Below are positions 17,016 through 26,001 of a DNA stretch of 36,590 bases, in pieces; the stretch's first letter is position 1; each line of letters starts with the position of its first letter. Made by a program: the position numbers and the translations under genes. This stretch comes from Candidatus Shapirobacteria bacterium (GTDB lineage Bacteria > Patescibacteriota > Microgenomatia > 0-14-0-10-38-17): contig JAQVFF010000002.1 in assembly GCA_028697345.1 (NCBI GenBank), positions 1 to 36,590 of the forward strand. The letters are read 5' to 3'. Below the pieces are notes generated by a model. That model was not told where the DNA came from, made no database searches, and saw only the letters and a list, made by a program, of their open reading frames with translations.

Positions 17016-18065
17016 ATGAAGGAAAGGATTGCTCTTGTTTCAATATTGGTTAATTTAATTTTAGCTGGGGGAAAAGTAGCTGTTGGTGTTGCTTCTGGCT
17101 CAGCTTCAGTTTTGGCCGGGGGAATTGATTCCTCTGTTGATATTTTTTCTTCATTGGTTAGTTATTTGGGAATTAGAGTGTCGGCAAAACCGGCTGACGA
17201 GAGCCACCCCTATGGACACTATAAATTTGAAGCCTTATCGGCCACGATAATCACTTTAATCATTTTGGCTACTGGTGTTGGGGTAATTTATAGTGCTTAT
17301 CAAGGCTTTCTTAAACCAGAAAAGATCAATGTTAATTACTTAGTTTTTGGAGTGATGATATTTTCGGTAGTTATTAATGAAACAATGTCTAGAATAAAGA
17401 CTTTTTATGGAAAGAAGGAAGATTCGGTTAGTTTACTTTCAGACGGAGTTCATTCTCGAATTGACGTTTATACTTCTTTGGTAATTTTAATCGGATTGTT
17501 TTTTACTCGATATTGGCCTTGGGCTGATAGTATTTTGGCGGCCTTAATGGGGTGTTACATTATTAAAGAGTCTTTTAGGGTTGGCCGGGAGGCGATTGGC
17601 TCCTTGCTAGATGTTTCGGCCGGGGAAGAAACAGAAGCCAAAATAAAGGCGATTGCTAAAAAAAAGAAAGTGAAGGTCGCCTCTTTAAAAACACAAAAAA
17701 AGGGGTCAATTGTTACTGCTAACCTAGCAATAAGTTTATCAAGTATTCTGAGTGTTAAAGAGGCCACTGATATTTCAACCAGTTTTAGGAAAGAATTAAT
17801 GGGAAAGATTAAAAACCTTAGATTTGTAGCAATTGAGATTATCAGTCATGAAACAACTACTGGTTTTTATCGACCAGCATTGGGACGAGGCTTTGGTTGG
17901 CAAAAACGGGGTCGATTTAAAGAAAAAATCGAGGAAGCCAAAGGTCAAGGTCCTGGCGGTGGTTGTATTTGTCCTACTTGCAATTATCAGGTGTCTCATC
18001 AAAGAGGTATTCCCTGTTCATCTCTTCAATGTCCTAAGTGTAAGACCAACCTGGAGAGAAATTAA
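17016..18065 (+). CDS. Cation diffusion facilitator (CDF) transporter with a C-terminal Gly/Arg-rich linker and Cys-rich ribbon
   Basis: The six-TM CDF core includes SVDIFSS, HPYGHYKFE and HSRIDVYTS, and a cytoplasmic CTD follows. The extra tail (nt 17871-18062) is GRGFGW...GGGCICPTCNYQVSHQRGIPCSSLQCPKCK. Confidence 0.85.
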   Translation: MKERIALVSILVNLILAGGKVAVGVASGSASVLAGGIDSSVDIFSSLVSYLGIRVSAKPADESHPYGHYKFEALSATIITLIILATGVGVIYSAYQGFLKPEKINVNYLVFGVMIFSVVINETMSRIKTFYGKKEDSVSLLSDGVHSRIDVYTSLVILIGLFFTRYWPWADSILAALMGCYIIKESFRVGREAIGSLLDVSAGEETEAKIKAIAKKKKVKVASLKTQKKGSIVTANLAISLSSILSVKEATDISTSFRKELMGKIKNLRFVAIEIISHETTTGFYRPALGRGFGWQKRGRFKEKIEEAKGQGPGGGCICPTCNYQVSHQRGIPCSSLQCPKCKTNLERN

Positions 18066-18138
18066 ACACCTGGCAACTTCTGTCTTATTGAGAGTTTTTT
18101 GCTAAACTAAAAGTAATTTTTTAAAAAAAGGAGGCTTT

Positions 18139-20856
18139 TTGAAAAATTATTCTTATCACCATTTAAGTTTCCGTCAGACCATCAATAAGTTTAAAACAGA
18201 TTCTGATAAAGGGCTTTCTGAAAGAGAAGCTCAAAAAAGGCTGGCTCGTTATGGCTTAAACGAAATCCCCGAAAATAAACCACGGTTTCCGATTTTGACT
18301 TTCCTTTGGCATCAGATCAACAATGCCATGGTTTATATCTTGCTTTCGGCGGCAATAATTACTTTTTTTATTGATCATATTCTTGATACTTATATTATTC
18401 TGGCAGTAATATTAATCAACACCATTATTGGTTTTATTCAAGAATATCGGGCCAACAAGACCGTTGAGGCGCTCAAGGAAATGGTCGTTTCTTTGGCTAA
18501 TGTTTATCGTGACGGTCAGCTGATTGAGGTTTCGGCCAACCAATTAGTACCAGGAGATATTATTTTGCTAGAAGAGGGTGATCGAGTACCAGCTGATGGC
18601 CGTTTGATTGAAGCAAAATCTTTACAAACGGTTGAATCGTCCTTGACCGGAGAAGCATTTTCAGTTAATAAGAATCTTAGAGTTTTACCGGTAAAAACTC
18701 CTTTGGCAGATCGTAAAAATACCGTTTGGATGGGGACTTTTGTTGTTGGCGGTTGGGCCAAGGCGATAGTAACAGCCACTGGGGCTCAAACAGCGATAGG
18801 AAAAATTTCCCAATCTTTAGGAGAGATTGACTCTGGGAAAAGCCACTTTGAAGAAAAAACCAATCATTTAGTTAAACAGATGGCGGTAGTGGCGATTTTG
18901 GGTGCTGTAATTACTTTCTTAGTTGGTTTTTGGGTTCGTCAGTTTGATTTCGGCGAAATTTTAATTTTTTCAGTAGCTTCTTTGGTTTCTGGTATTCCCG
19001 AAGGCCTCCCGGCGGTGTTAATTATTATTTTAGCTGTTGGTGCTAGTAGAATGGCTAAAAAAAATGTTATCGTCCGCTCTTTGCCGGTAACAGAAACCTT
19101 AAGTGTTACCGATGTTATTGCTGTTGATAAAACTGGTACTTTAACCCAAAACAACATGACGGTGGAAAGGGTGGTTGCCGGAGGGGGCGTTTTTAAAGTT
19201 TTAAATGGTTGGCAACAGAAGGGTTCTTTTTTGAAAGGGGAACAAAAAATCGATCCTCAAAATAGCCCAGTTTTAAAAAAGCTGATTATTACTGCCGGTC
19301 TTTGCAGTCGGGCAAAACTGACTATCAAGGAAAATGACCAGGGAAATCTTGATTATCGGGTTAACGGTGATCCTACCGAAGCCGCTTTAACTGTTTTGGC
19401 CCATAAAGCCGATCTAAAAAATGTTTTAGCGAAATTTAATTTAGTTGATGAACTACCCTTTAACCAGAAAACAAGATATAAGGCAGTATTGGTCGAACAA
19501 GATGACAGGAAAGAAATTGTTGTCTCTGGAGCACCGGAAGCGGTAATCGGTTTTTGTTCAAAAAAACTTGTTAATCAAAAAGAGATGGAATTATCCGAAG
19601 ATGATAAGAGACAAATTTTATCCCAGGTGCAGAAAACTTCTCGTCAAGCAATGAGGGTAATTGGTCTGGCTTATAAAAAAACTTCTCCAGAATTGAAAAA
19701 TTTATCTTACTCTTCAGTTGAAGATTTAATTTTCATCGGTTTTGTTGGTATGGTTGATCCACCTCGTCCCGGGGTTAGGGAAGCTATTATTAAAGCCCAA
19801 GAAGCGGGTATTAGAATTATTATAAAGACAGGTGACCATAAGGAAACGGCTTTGGCTATTGCTCGTCAGGTTGGTATTGCAGATGCTAGTTTAGCCAACA
19901 GTAATTTTCCTTCAGTTTTGACCGGGGAAGAACTTTTTTCTTTGCCTGAAAATAAGTTTAAACAGGCGATTGAAACAGTGTCTATTTTTGCTCGATTGAC
20001 TCCCGATATGAAACTGAAGATTCTAGAGGCTTTACAAGAAACTGGTCACTGTGTTGGCATGAGCGGTGATGGTGTTAATGACGCCTTGGCTCTTAAGAAA
20101 GCCGATGTTGGTATTGCTATGGGTAACATGGGCAGTGATGTTGCCCGAGAAGCCAGTGATATTGTCTTGGCCGATGATAATTTTGCCTCGATAGTTGATG
20201 CCATTGAGGAAGGACGAATTGTTTTTAATAACACCCGTCAGGCTAGTGCTTTTTTGGTAACAACTAATTTGGCCGAAGATTTAATTGTTGTTATTTCAAT
20301 TATTATGGGTTTTCCTCTGCCTTTATTGGCAGCTCAAATTCTTTGGCTTAATTTGGTTACTGATGGTGTAACTGATTTAGCCCTAGCGGCTGAGCCTGGC
20401 CATGGTGATGTTTTACTTAGTTTACCTCGAACGAAAGGGGAAAATGTTTTGTCGGCTGGAATGGTTGGTTTTCTGGCGCCGATCGTTTTAGTAATGGTTT
20501 TGGCCACTCTTGGCGTGTTTTTAGTCTTGTTGCCGCAAGGAATTGCCAAAGCCAGGACTGGAGCTTTTGCCGTAATGGCCTTTACCCAACTATTTAATAT
20601 TTTTAACATGCGTTCTTTGGAAAAGTCGCTTTTCAAGATTGGTCTCTTGAGTAATAAATATGTTCTTGGGGCGGTTGGTTTCTCGCTATGTTTGCAATAT
20701 TTGGCTTTAAACAAGTCGTTTTTCAGGGACTTGTTTAATTTTGAGACACTGGCTTTAGCAGAATTGGTAAAAATAATTTTCTTATCTTCAGCAGTTTTTT
20801 GGTGTGGAGAAGCTTATAAACTAATCAGGAATTTCTTGCAGAAAGCAAAGTCTTAA
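18139..20856 (+). CDS. P-type ATPase, type II (Ca2+/Mg2+-transporting, SERCA/PMCA-like)
   Basis: Motifs present are DKTGTLT, TGD, GDGVNDALALKKADVGIAMG, PEGLPAV in TM4 and the N-terminal GLS..EA..RL..YGLNE. The TTG start lies 4 nt after GGAGG. Confidence 0.9.
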   Translation: MKNYSYHHLSFRQTINKFKTDSDKGLSEREAQKRLARYGLNEIPENKPRFPILTFLWHQINNAMVYILLSAAIITFFIDHILDTYIILAVILINTIIGFIQEYRANKTVEALKEMVVSLANVYRDGQLIEVSANQLVPGDIILLEEGDRVPADGRLIEAKSLQTVESSLTGEAFSVNKNLRVLPVKTPLADRKNTVWMGTFVVGGWAKAIVTATGAQTAIGKISQSLGEIDSGKSHFEEKTNHLVKQMAVVAILGAVITFLVGFWVRQFDFGEILIFSVASLVSGIPEGLPAVLIIILAVGASRMAKKNVIVRSLPVTETLSVTDVIAVDKTGTLTQNNMTVERVVAGGGVFKVLNGWQQKGSFLKGEQKIDPQNSPVLKKLIITAGLCSRAKLTIKENDQGNLDYRVNGDPTEAALTVLAHKADLKNVLAKFNLVDELPFNQKTRYKAVLVEQDDRKEIVVSGAPEAVIGFCSKKLVNQKEMELSEDDKRQILSQVQKTSRQAMRVIGLAYKKTSPELKNLSYSSVEDLIFIGFVGMVDPPRPGVREAIIKAQEAGIRIIIKTGDHKETALAIARQVGIADASLANSNFPSVLTGEELFSLPENKFKQAIETVSIFARLTPDMKLKILEALQETGHCVGMSGDGVNDALALKKADVGIAMGNMGSDVAREASDIVLADDNFASIVDAIEEGRIVFNNTRQASAFLVTTNLAEDLIVVISIIMGFPLPLLAAQILWLNLVTDGVTDLALAAEPGHGDVLLSLPRTKGENVLSAGMVGFLAPIVLVMVLATLGVFLVLLPQGIAKARTGAFAVMAFTQLFNIFNMRSLEKSLFKIGLLSNKYVLGAVGFSLCLQYLALNKSFFRDLFNFETLALAELVKIIFLSSAVFWCGEAYKLIRNFLQKAKS

Positions 20857-22790
20857 ATGACAACTTGAGCCAGAAGCTCGTCCATTTGGGCGGTGGCCAT
20901 ACCAATAACTTTATCGCCGCCACCATAGTAAACAAACAAAGTATTCTTGACCAGGATGGCACCACAGGGAAAAACCACATTAGGAACATCGCCCTCTTTT
21001 TCATATTTTTCAGTTGGTTTAATAATAGGATATTGGCTGCGATATAGAACCTTACCAGGATTATAGTGGTCAAGGATCATCATGCCGACACGGTATTGAT
21101 GATCAATGTCAGAAACACCATGGTATAAAAGCAGCCAGCCAGAATCGATTTTGATTGGCGGGCCGGCAATACCAATTTTTTCTCCGTCCCAGCCGTTTGG
21201 TCTGGGGAAAATTGCCTGTTCTTTTTTAAGCCAACTTTTTTCTTCTTTTAAATCTTCTAGATTGTTAACGTAATCAACGGCAATATCCTCTCCGCCGGTT
21301 CGATGCAAAATTACATATTGGTTATTTATTTTTTCCGGTAAAAGACAACTATTCTTATTGTGAATACCAAATTTTGAAATAGCAATTGGCTCGGACCAAG
21401 AAAAACGATGGTTAATAAAATCCTTAACGGCAATGGAGGATATAGCCACTCGGGGATGATCGATGCCGTTGTAGGCAGTATAGAACATATAGAAATAATC
21501 TCCCATTTTGGTAATTCGAGGATCCTCGCAACCCGACAACCGGCCCGGTTCTTTTTTTTGTTCAAAATCACCTCTTGGAGTATAGATCGGCTCGTCAAAG
21601 CGTTTAAAGTGAAAACCGTCATCGCTTTCAGCCAATCCCAAAGTAGAGGTGTGATCAGGAGATTGGGCCCGATAAACTAAATAGAATTTATCTTTTTGAT
21701 AAATAGCGGCTGGATTAAAAACGGAATTGGCTTCCCAGAAATTTTCTTCTCGAGGAGCAAGAATCGGGTTGTGGTGGTATTTAGTCATTAAAAATGTTTC
21801 TTTGACAGGATTATCAGACATATTTTTGAATAAATATTTAATGTTGATTTCAGCCAAGGCGCAATGATTATCGGCGGCGCCATAATAAATACGAAGAGTG
21901 TTCTTTTCTATTAAGGCACCGGAAGGAAAAATAACATTGGTTACTGCTCCTTTTTTTTCGTATTTGGTTTTAGGGGTCAAGATTGGTGAATTAGTTCGAG
22001 CGATAATTTTTTTTGGGTCGTTTTTGTCTAACAGGGCCGCCTCAATGCCGAAGATTCTTTTTTCTGGAGTATAGTAATTTTGAATATAAGCATAGATCAA
22101 CAGCCAGCCATGTTTGGTTTTAATCGGGACCGCACCAACCTCGATTTGATCAGAATTAACCCGACGTAGGTTGATCGAATAGCGATAATGGTCTAGGCAC
22201 TTATACCATTTATTCCAAAAACCGGGTGACCAAATATCAGCCAGTTGATTAAAGTAAGCCAGACCGATTCTGGCTGGCGGCTGGTCAGTGTCGGCAGTTA
22301 AGACAGCGGCGTATTGGCCATTGATTTTTTCCGGGAAAAGAGCCATGGCCTTGGCGTTAAAATGAGTCACCAGATGCTTAGCATCAATGTTTTTTAGGTC
22401 TTTGGTGATAGCCAGGCCGACCCTGATGCCATTGGCGGTGGGCGGGTATTGGCTTAAGGCAGTATAGAAGATGAAATAACGGTCGTCTATTTTGGTGATT
22501 CTGGGGTCTTCACAGCCATATTTTTCCCATTCCTTTTCCGGTTTAATTAGTTGGCCAATTTTGTTGAAGGAAACTCCGTTTCGGCTGACGGCGTGGCCAA
22601 TAGTGGAAACATTCATTTCTTGACCATAGTGATCTTTTTTTGCTGAAACGGCTCGATATAACAGATGATATTTGCCATCTTTGATAACACTGGGATTAAA
22701 GGCCGCCTCTTGCTCCCAATCATTTTTAGGATCAGGAGAAAGAATCGGATTTTTAGGGTGTCGGCTAACCTTAAGATTATTGATTATCAT
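20853..22790 (-). CDS. Tandem double GH130 (DUF377, PH1107-related) glycoside phosphorylase/hydrolase
   Basis: There are two full repeats of the GH130 pattern (NPIL.P...WE...FNP...YRA...G.A.S.DG..F...GCEDPRITK...YTA ... GWLL.YH ... YYGG.D). Confidence 0.85.
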   Translation of the reverse strand: MIINNLKVSRHPKNPILSPDPKNDWEQEAAFNPSVIKDGKYHLLYRAVSAKKDHYGQEMNVSTIGHAVSRNGVSFNKIGQLIKPEKEWEKYGCEDPRITKIDDRYFIFYTALSQYPPTANGIRVGLAITKDLKNIDAKHLVTHFNAKAMALFPEKINGQYAAVLTADTDQPPARIGLAYFNQLADIWSPGFWNKWYKCLDHYRYSINLRRVNSDQIEVGAVPIKTKHGWLLIYAYIQNYYTPEKRIFGIEAALLDKNDPKKIIARTNSPILTPKTKYEKKGAVTNVIFPSGALIEKNTLRIYYGAADNHCALAEINIKYLFKNMSDNPVKETFLMTKYHHNPILAPREENFWEANSVFNPAAIYQKDKFYLVYRAQSPDHTSTLGLAESDDGFHFKRFDEPIYTPRGDFEQKKEPGRLSGCEDPRITKMGDYFYMFYTAYNGIDHPRVAISSIAVKDFINHRFSWSEPIAISKFGIHNKNSCLLPEKINNQYVILHRTGGEDIAVDYVNNLEDLKEEKSWLKKEQAIFPRPNGWDGEKIGIAGPPIKIDSGWLLLYHGVSDIDHQYRVGMMILDHYNPGKVLYRSQYPIIKPTEKYEKEGDVPNVVFPCGAILVKNTLFVYYGGGDKVIGMATAQMDELLAQVVI

Positions 22791-24387
22791 TTGTCATCTG
22801 ATTGATAGTGGTGCTTTCTAGTTTAGCATTTCCAGTAGTTTTTAGCTGGCTTAGAAATTGTTCCAGATTAGCAGTGGCGACACAAACATAGGAATCGGCT
22901 CCGCCGTAATAGACAAAAAGAGTGTCGCTGATAATTACTGCTCCGCAAGGATAAACTACTCCGGCCTTAAAGCCGTCATTGTCATACCATTGGTCCGGTT
23001 CGATAATTGGCTTTCTTGAACGGTAAAGTACTTTGGTAGGATTATCCAGGTCCAAAAGCATCGCGCCAACTTTATAGCGATAACCTTCCTTGTCGTCCAC
23101 AGCCTGATAAATCAATAACCAGCCTTCTCGGGTTTTTAAGGGTGGGGCGCCAGCACCAATTTTTCGACTATCCCACCACATCGGGGAGCGAGGCTTAATT
23201 CGATATTGGCCCTTAAGGTATTGGCCGTTAGAAAAATCTAAGGAATTAACAAAATCGATTAAAATGTCAGGAAAAATTCGATGGAAAACAACATATTGGC
23301 CATTGATTTTCTCCGGCAGAATACAAGCGCTTTTATCGACCACCCCCGGCGGTGAGATTAAAATTGGTTTTTTCCAAAGCCAATTACGATTTAGAAAATC
23401 TTTAACGGCAATTGAGGTTAAGGCAATTCGAGGCTCGGTTACGCCATCAAAAGCAACATAAGTCATATAAATTCTGTCTTCGACTCGGGTTAATCGGGGA
23501 TCTTCGCAGCCGCCACAACCGCCGGAAGTATAGGCAGTGCTTAGTTGGCCAGGTTTTTTAGTACTCTCAAATGGTTGGGTGGGAACAAAGACCGGTTGAT
23601 TAAGCCGTTCCTCAATATTGAGACCATCCTTACTGGTGGCATAACCAATGGAGGAAACATAATCAAAACCCTGAGCCCGGTAAAAAATATGGACTTTTCC
23701 AGATTCGTAAATAGCGGCCGGGTTGAAAGTATTGAAAGCTTCCCAGTCATTATCGGCTTGGGGTTTAATTAAAGGGTTTTCTTTTGGTTTTTGTAATTGA
23801 TAACATTTTCTAATTTTAATTTGTTGACTAATTCGATATTCAGGGTAATTAACAACCCAAATTTCATCATCAATTAGCCAATAAGCCAAATAGCGATCTT
23901 TATTTTTCAATAAATCAATAAAAACCACTTTCCGTTTTGGGGGAAAAGGTCCCATTAGGAAAACTGGCTCATTATGACGCCAGAGAAGTTGGGGATTATT
24001 TCCCTTGGTAAAAGCAACGACACCAATTTCAATCTGATTATTTTTTTGGTAGTGAAAAAAAACCAACAAACCTTCATCAGTAGAGAAAGCATTTTCTATT
24101 TTTAGGTTGTGGGAATCAAGATATTCACTGCCAGGAACTAAGAGGTTAAGATAACGCTCGTTTAAAAAATTTTCCTTTTGAGCCTTAATTTTTGGATAAA
24201 TTTTAACCGCCAGGTTATTAAGACGGCTGGTCTGGAAATTAAAACCATCTCGGCTTTCGAAAGTTTTGGTAATTCGACCGGTTATTTTATCGGTGATTAA
24301 CAAGTAGCTGATTTTTTGGTGACGGCAAAAAAAGAAGGTTTTATTTTTCAAGGACCTTTTCTTAGTAAAATTAAGAATTCTGATCAT
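22777..24387 (-). CDS. GH130 (DUF377) glycoside phosphorylase/hydrolase with a ~200-aa degenerate N-terminal module
   Basis: The C-terminal 330 aa carries GCEDPRLTRV, SIAVKDF, GWLLIYQAV and VYYGGADS. It overlaps the downstream GH130 gene by 14 nt. Confidence 0.85.
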   Translation of the reverse strand: MIRILNFTKKRSLKNKTFFFCRHQKISYLLITDKITGRITKTFESRDGFNFQTSRLNNLAVKIYPKIKAQKENFLNERYLNLLVPGSEYLDSHNLKIENAFSTDEGLLVFFHYQKNNQIEIGVVAFTKGNNPQLLWRHNEPVFLMGPFPPKRKVVFIDLLKNKDRYLAYWLIDDEIWVVNYPEYRISQQIKIRKCYQLQKPKENPLIKPQADNDWEAFNTFNPAAIYESGKVHIFYRAQGFDYVSSIGYATSKDGLNIEERLNQPVFVPTQPFESTKKPGQLSTAYTSGGCGGCEDPRLTRVEDRIYMTYVAFDGVTEPRIALTSIAVKDFLNRNWLWKKPILISPPGVVDKSACILPEKINGQYVVFHRIFPDILIDFVNSLDFSNGQYLKGQYRIKPRSPMWWDSRKIGAGAPPLKTREGWLLIYQAVDDKEGYRYKVGAMLLDLDNPTKVLYRSRKPIIEPDQWYDNDGFKAGVVYPCGAVIISDTLFVYYGGADSYVCVATANLEQFLSQLKTTGNAKLESTTINQMTNDNQ

Positions 24388-24645
24388 CTTTTTGTTAGAG
24401 TGGCAAGTGGTAATAACAGTATAAAGAAAAGGCCGTCTAATGGCAAGTTTTTAAAAATTTATATTAGAATAATAAAGACATTTTTAAAAAGCAAAAAAAA
24501 GTTTTATTTTTTCACTCTGTTAAGCTGGTTGTTGATAAGGGCTTGAAAAGAATTCGCCGGTAAATATGAAAAAGAACCTTTCTTCTCTGTTAAGATTCCT
24601 GTTATACTTGATGAGGAAAGTATTTATAAGAAGGGGGTGAAATTA

Positions 24646-25032
24646 ATGACTGGTTATCACGATAACATTGAAGAAATAACTTTAGAAAATGAAGACTTTC
24701 GTCGGGTTTTGTTTACCGGTGCTCATAGCCAGCTGGTGGTGATGGCCATTGGTCCAGGCGAAGAAATTGGCCAAGAGGTTCACAGTGATGTTGATCAGTT
24801 TTTTCGTTTTGAAGCCGGTGAGGGCAAGGTAGTTGTTGATGGTAAGGAGATGGTGGTTGGTGATGGTGATGCGGTTATTATTCCGGCCGGATCAGAACAT
24901 AATATTATTAATATTTCTGCCCTAGAGAAGCTGAAGCTTTATACTATTTATTCTCCAGCTAATCATCCTGATGGTACTATTCATAAAACCAAAACTGAGG
25001 CTGATAAATACGAGGAAGAACATCACCATTAA
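24646..25032 (+). CDS. Cupin-domain protein with an acidic/His C-terminal tail
   Basis: The cupin motifs are G.E.G.EVH.D.DQ and GD.VIIPAG.EHN, and the tail is EEEHHH. I chose the ATG at 24646, 5 nt after AGGGGGTGA; the track starts at the GTG at 24637 inside the SD. Confidence 0.8.
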   Translation: MTGYHDNIEEITLENEDFRRVLFTGAHSQLVVMAIGPGEEIGQEVHSDVDQFFRFEAGEGKVVVDGKEMVVGDGDAVIIPAGSEHNIINISALEKLKLYTIYSPANHPDGTIHKTKTEADKYEEEHHH

Positions 25033-25066
25033 GGAGAAAATTATTGAGGAAAACAGGAAGAAGTTG

Positions 25067-25348
25067 TTAGTTTTTAGTGGTTATTTTTATTGCCTGTCCG
25101 TTAATTAAAGCACTAGCGATTTTTTTTCGAGCATTGGATAGGATTCGGGCAAAAGTTGGTTGAGAAACTTTCATTTTCTTGCCTGCTTCGGTTTGGTTAA
25201 GGTTAGCGACATCATAGAGCCTTAAAGCCTCCAACTCCTCGGGTAATAAAACTGTTTCTTTGAGTTGGTATAAAGGCACCCCCCGAGGTTTAAAATAGAC
25301 TACTCCGGGGGTGAAATTAATTCGCCGAGGGTTTTTTTGTCTGGTCAT
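25067..25348 (-). CDS. DUF134 (UPF0251) family putative DNA-binding protein
   Basis: The sequence F.P.GVP.....V.L..EELEALRL.D...L.Q.EAG.KM.VSQPTF.R.L..ARKKIA.AL..G.AI is the characteristic DUF134 signature. Confidence 0.75.
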   Translation of the reverse strand: MTRQKNPRRINFTPGVVYFKPRGVPLYQLKETVLLPEELEALRLYDVANLNQTEAGKKMKVSQPTFARILSNARKKIASALINGQAIKITTKN

Positions 25349-25561
25349 ACCTTATAAAATTTATTGTCGGATTGCTGTGTTACCAAATTAGTTTTAGGTA
25401 TAAAAAACAGAGCCAAAGACAATGTGATAAGATAGCCATTGAATAATTTCTACCTTTTTCAGTTGTTAATTACTTGTTATCAATTACTAAACACTGGCAA
25501 CACCTACGCCAGATTATATCAGGTGCTTCTTTTCAAATTAAAAGAGGTGTTCTTTTATACC

Positions 25562-25807
25562 TTATTTTTCTAATTCTTTTTCCTCTTTTTCGACGTCTTG
25601 AAGCTCTTCTTCTAAAGCTTTTTTATATTCGATCAGAGCCTTTTTTTGGTCAGCCTGATTTTGGGGCCAAGCCCAATTAAAATAACGACCCAATCCTCGA
25701 CCTGCTCCAAATCTTCTTCGCCAACCTAAGCCCAATCCTCATGGGCCAACGCCTCGGCCTGTTCTTGGTCCTAAGCCGCTTGGTCCGGTTTTATCAAATC
25801 CTGGCAT
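25562..25807 (-). CDS. DUF5320-family Gly/Arg-rich small protein interrupted by one in-frame TGA (codon 23; Sec candidate or nonsense mutation)
   Basis: It is not in the ORF track because it is split. The SD GAGGAGGTGA lies 6 nt upstream of the ATG at 25807. Translation gives MPGFDKTGPSGLGPRTGRGVGP-TGA-GLGLGWRRRFGAGRGLGRYFNWAWPQNQADQKKALIEYKKALEEELQDVEKEEKELEK-TAA. The TGA is at 25739-25741. Confidence 0.6.
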
Positions 25808-26001
25808 TTTTCTTCACCTCCTCAATTCTGTATTTTGAATACATATTCATTATATTTGATTGATTAAAAATTGTCAAGATATAATTTAAGTTGTTTTTGA
25901 GTCTTAAAAAAACAACAAAATCAACCTGGCACAAACTATTAATTTGTGGTATTCTTTTGTTAGATTAAATAAAGAGGAGGTGAAAAAGCGACAAAATAAA
26001 A

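Noticed and set aside
18516-20714. Several 60-126-aa minus-strand ORFs inside the P-type ATPase gene, with similar antisense ORFs inside copA, the GH130 genes and others
   Set aside because: They lie entirely within strongly supported CDSs on the opposite strand and have no independent signals.
20853-20856. Convergent genes (P-type ATPase and GH130) whose stop codons overlap at TTAA, with no terminator between them
   Set aside because: The arrangement is real, but it reflects compaction in a dense genome. I see no further functional signal.
25474-25680. 68-aa plus-strand ORF in the track
   Set aside because: It is antisense to the 3' half of the DUF5320 gene and to its spacer. It has no SD and a low-complexity hydrophobic translation.
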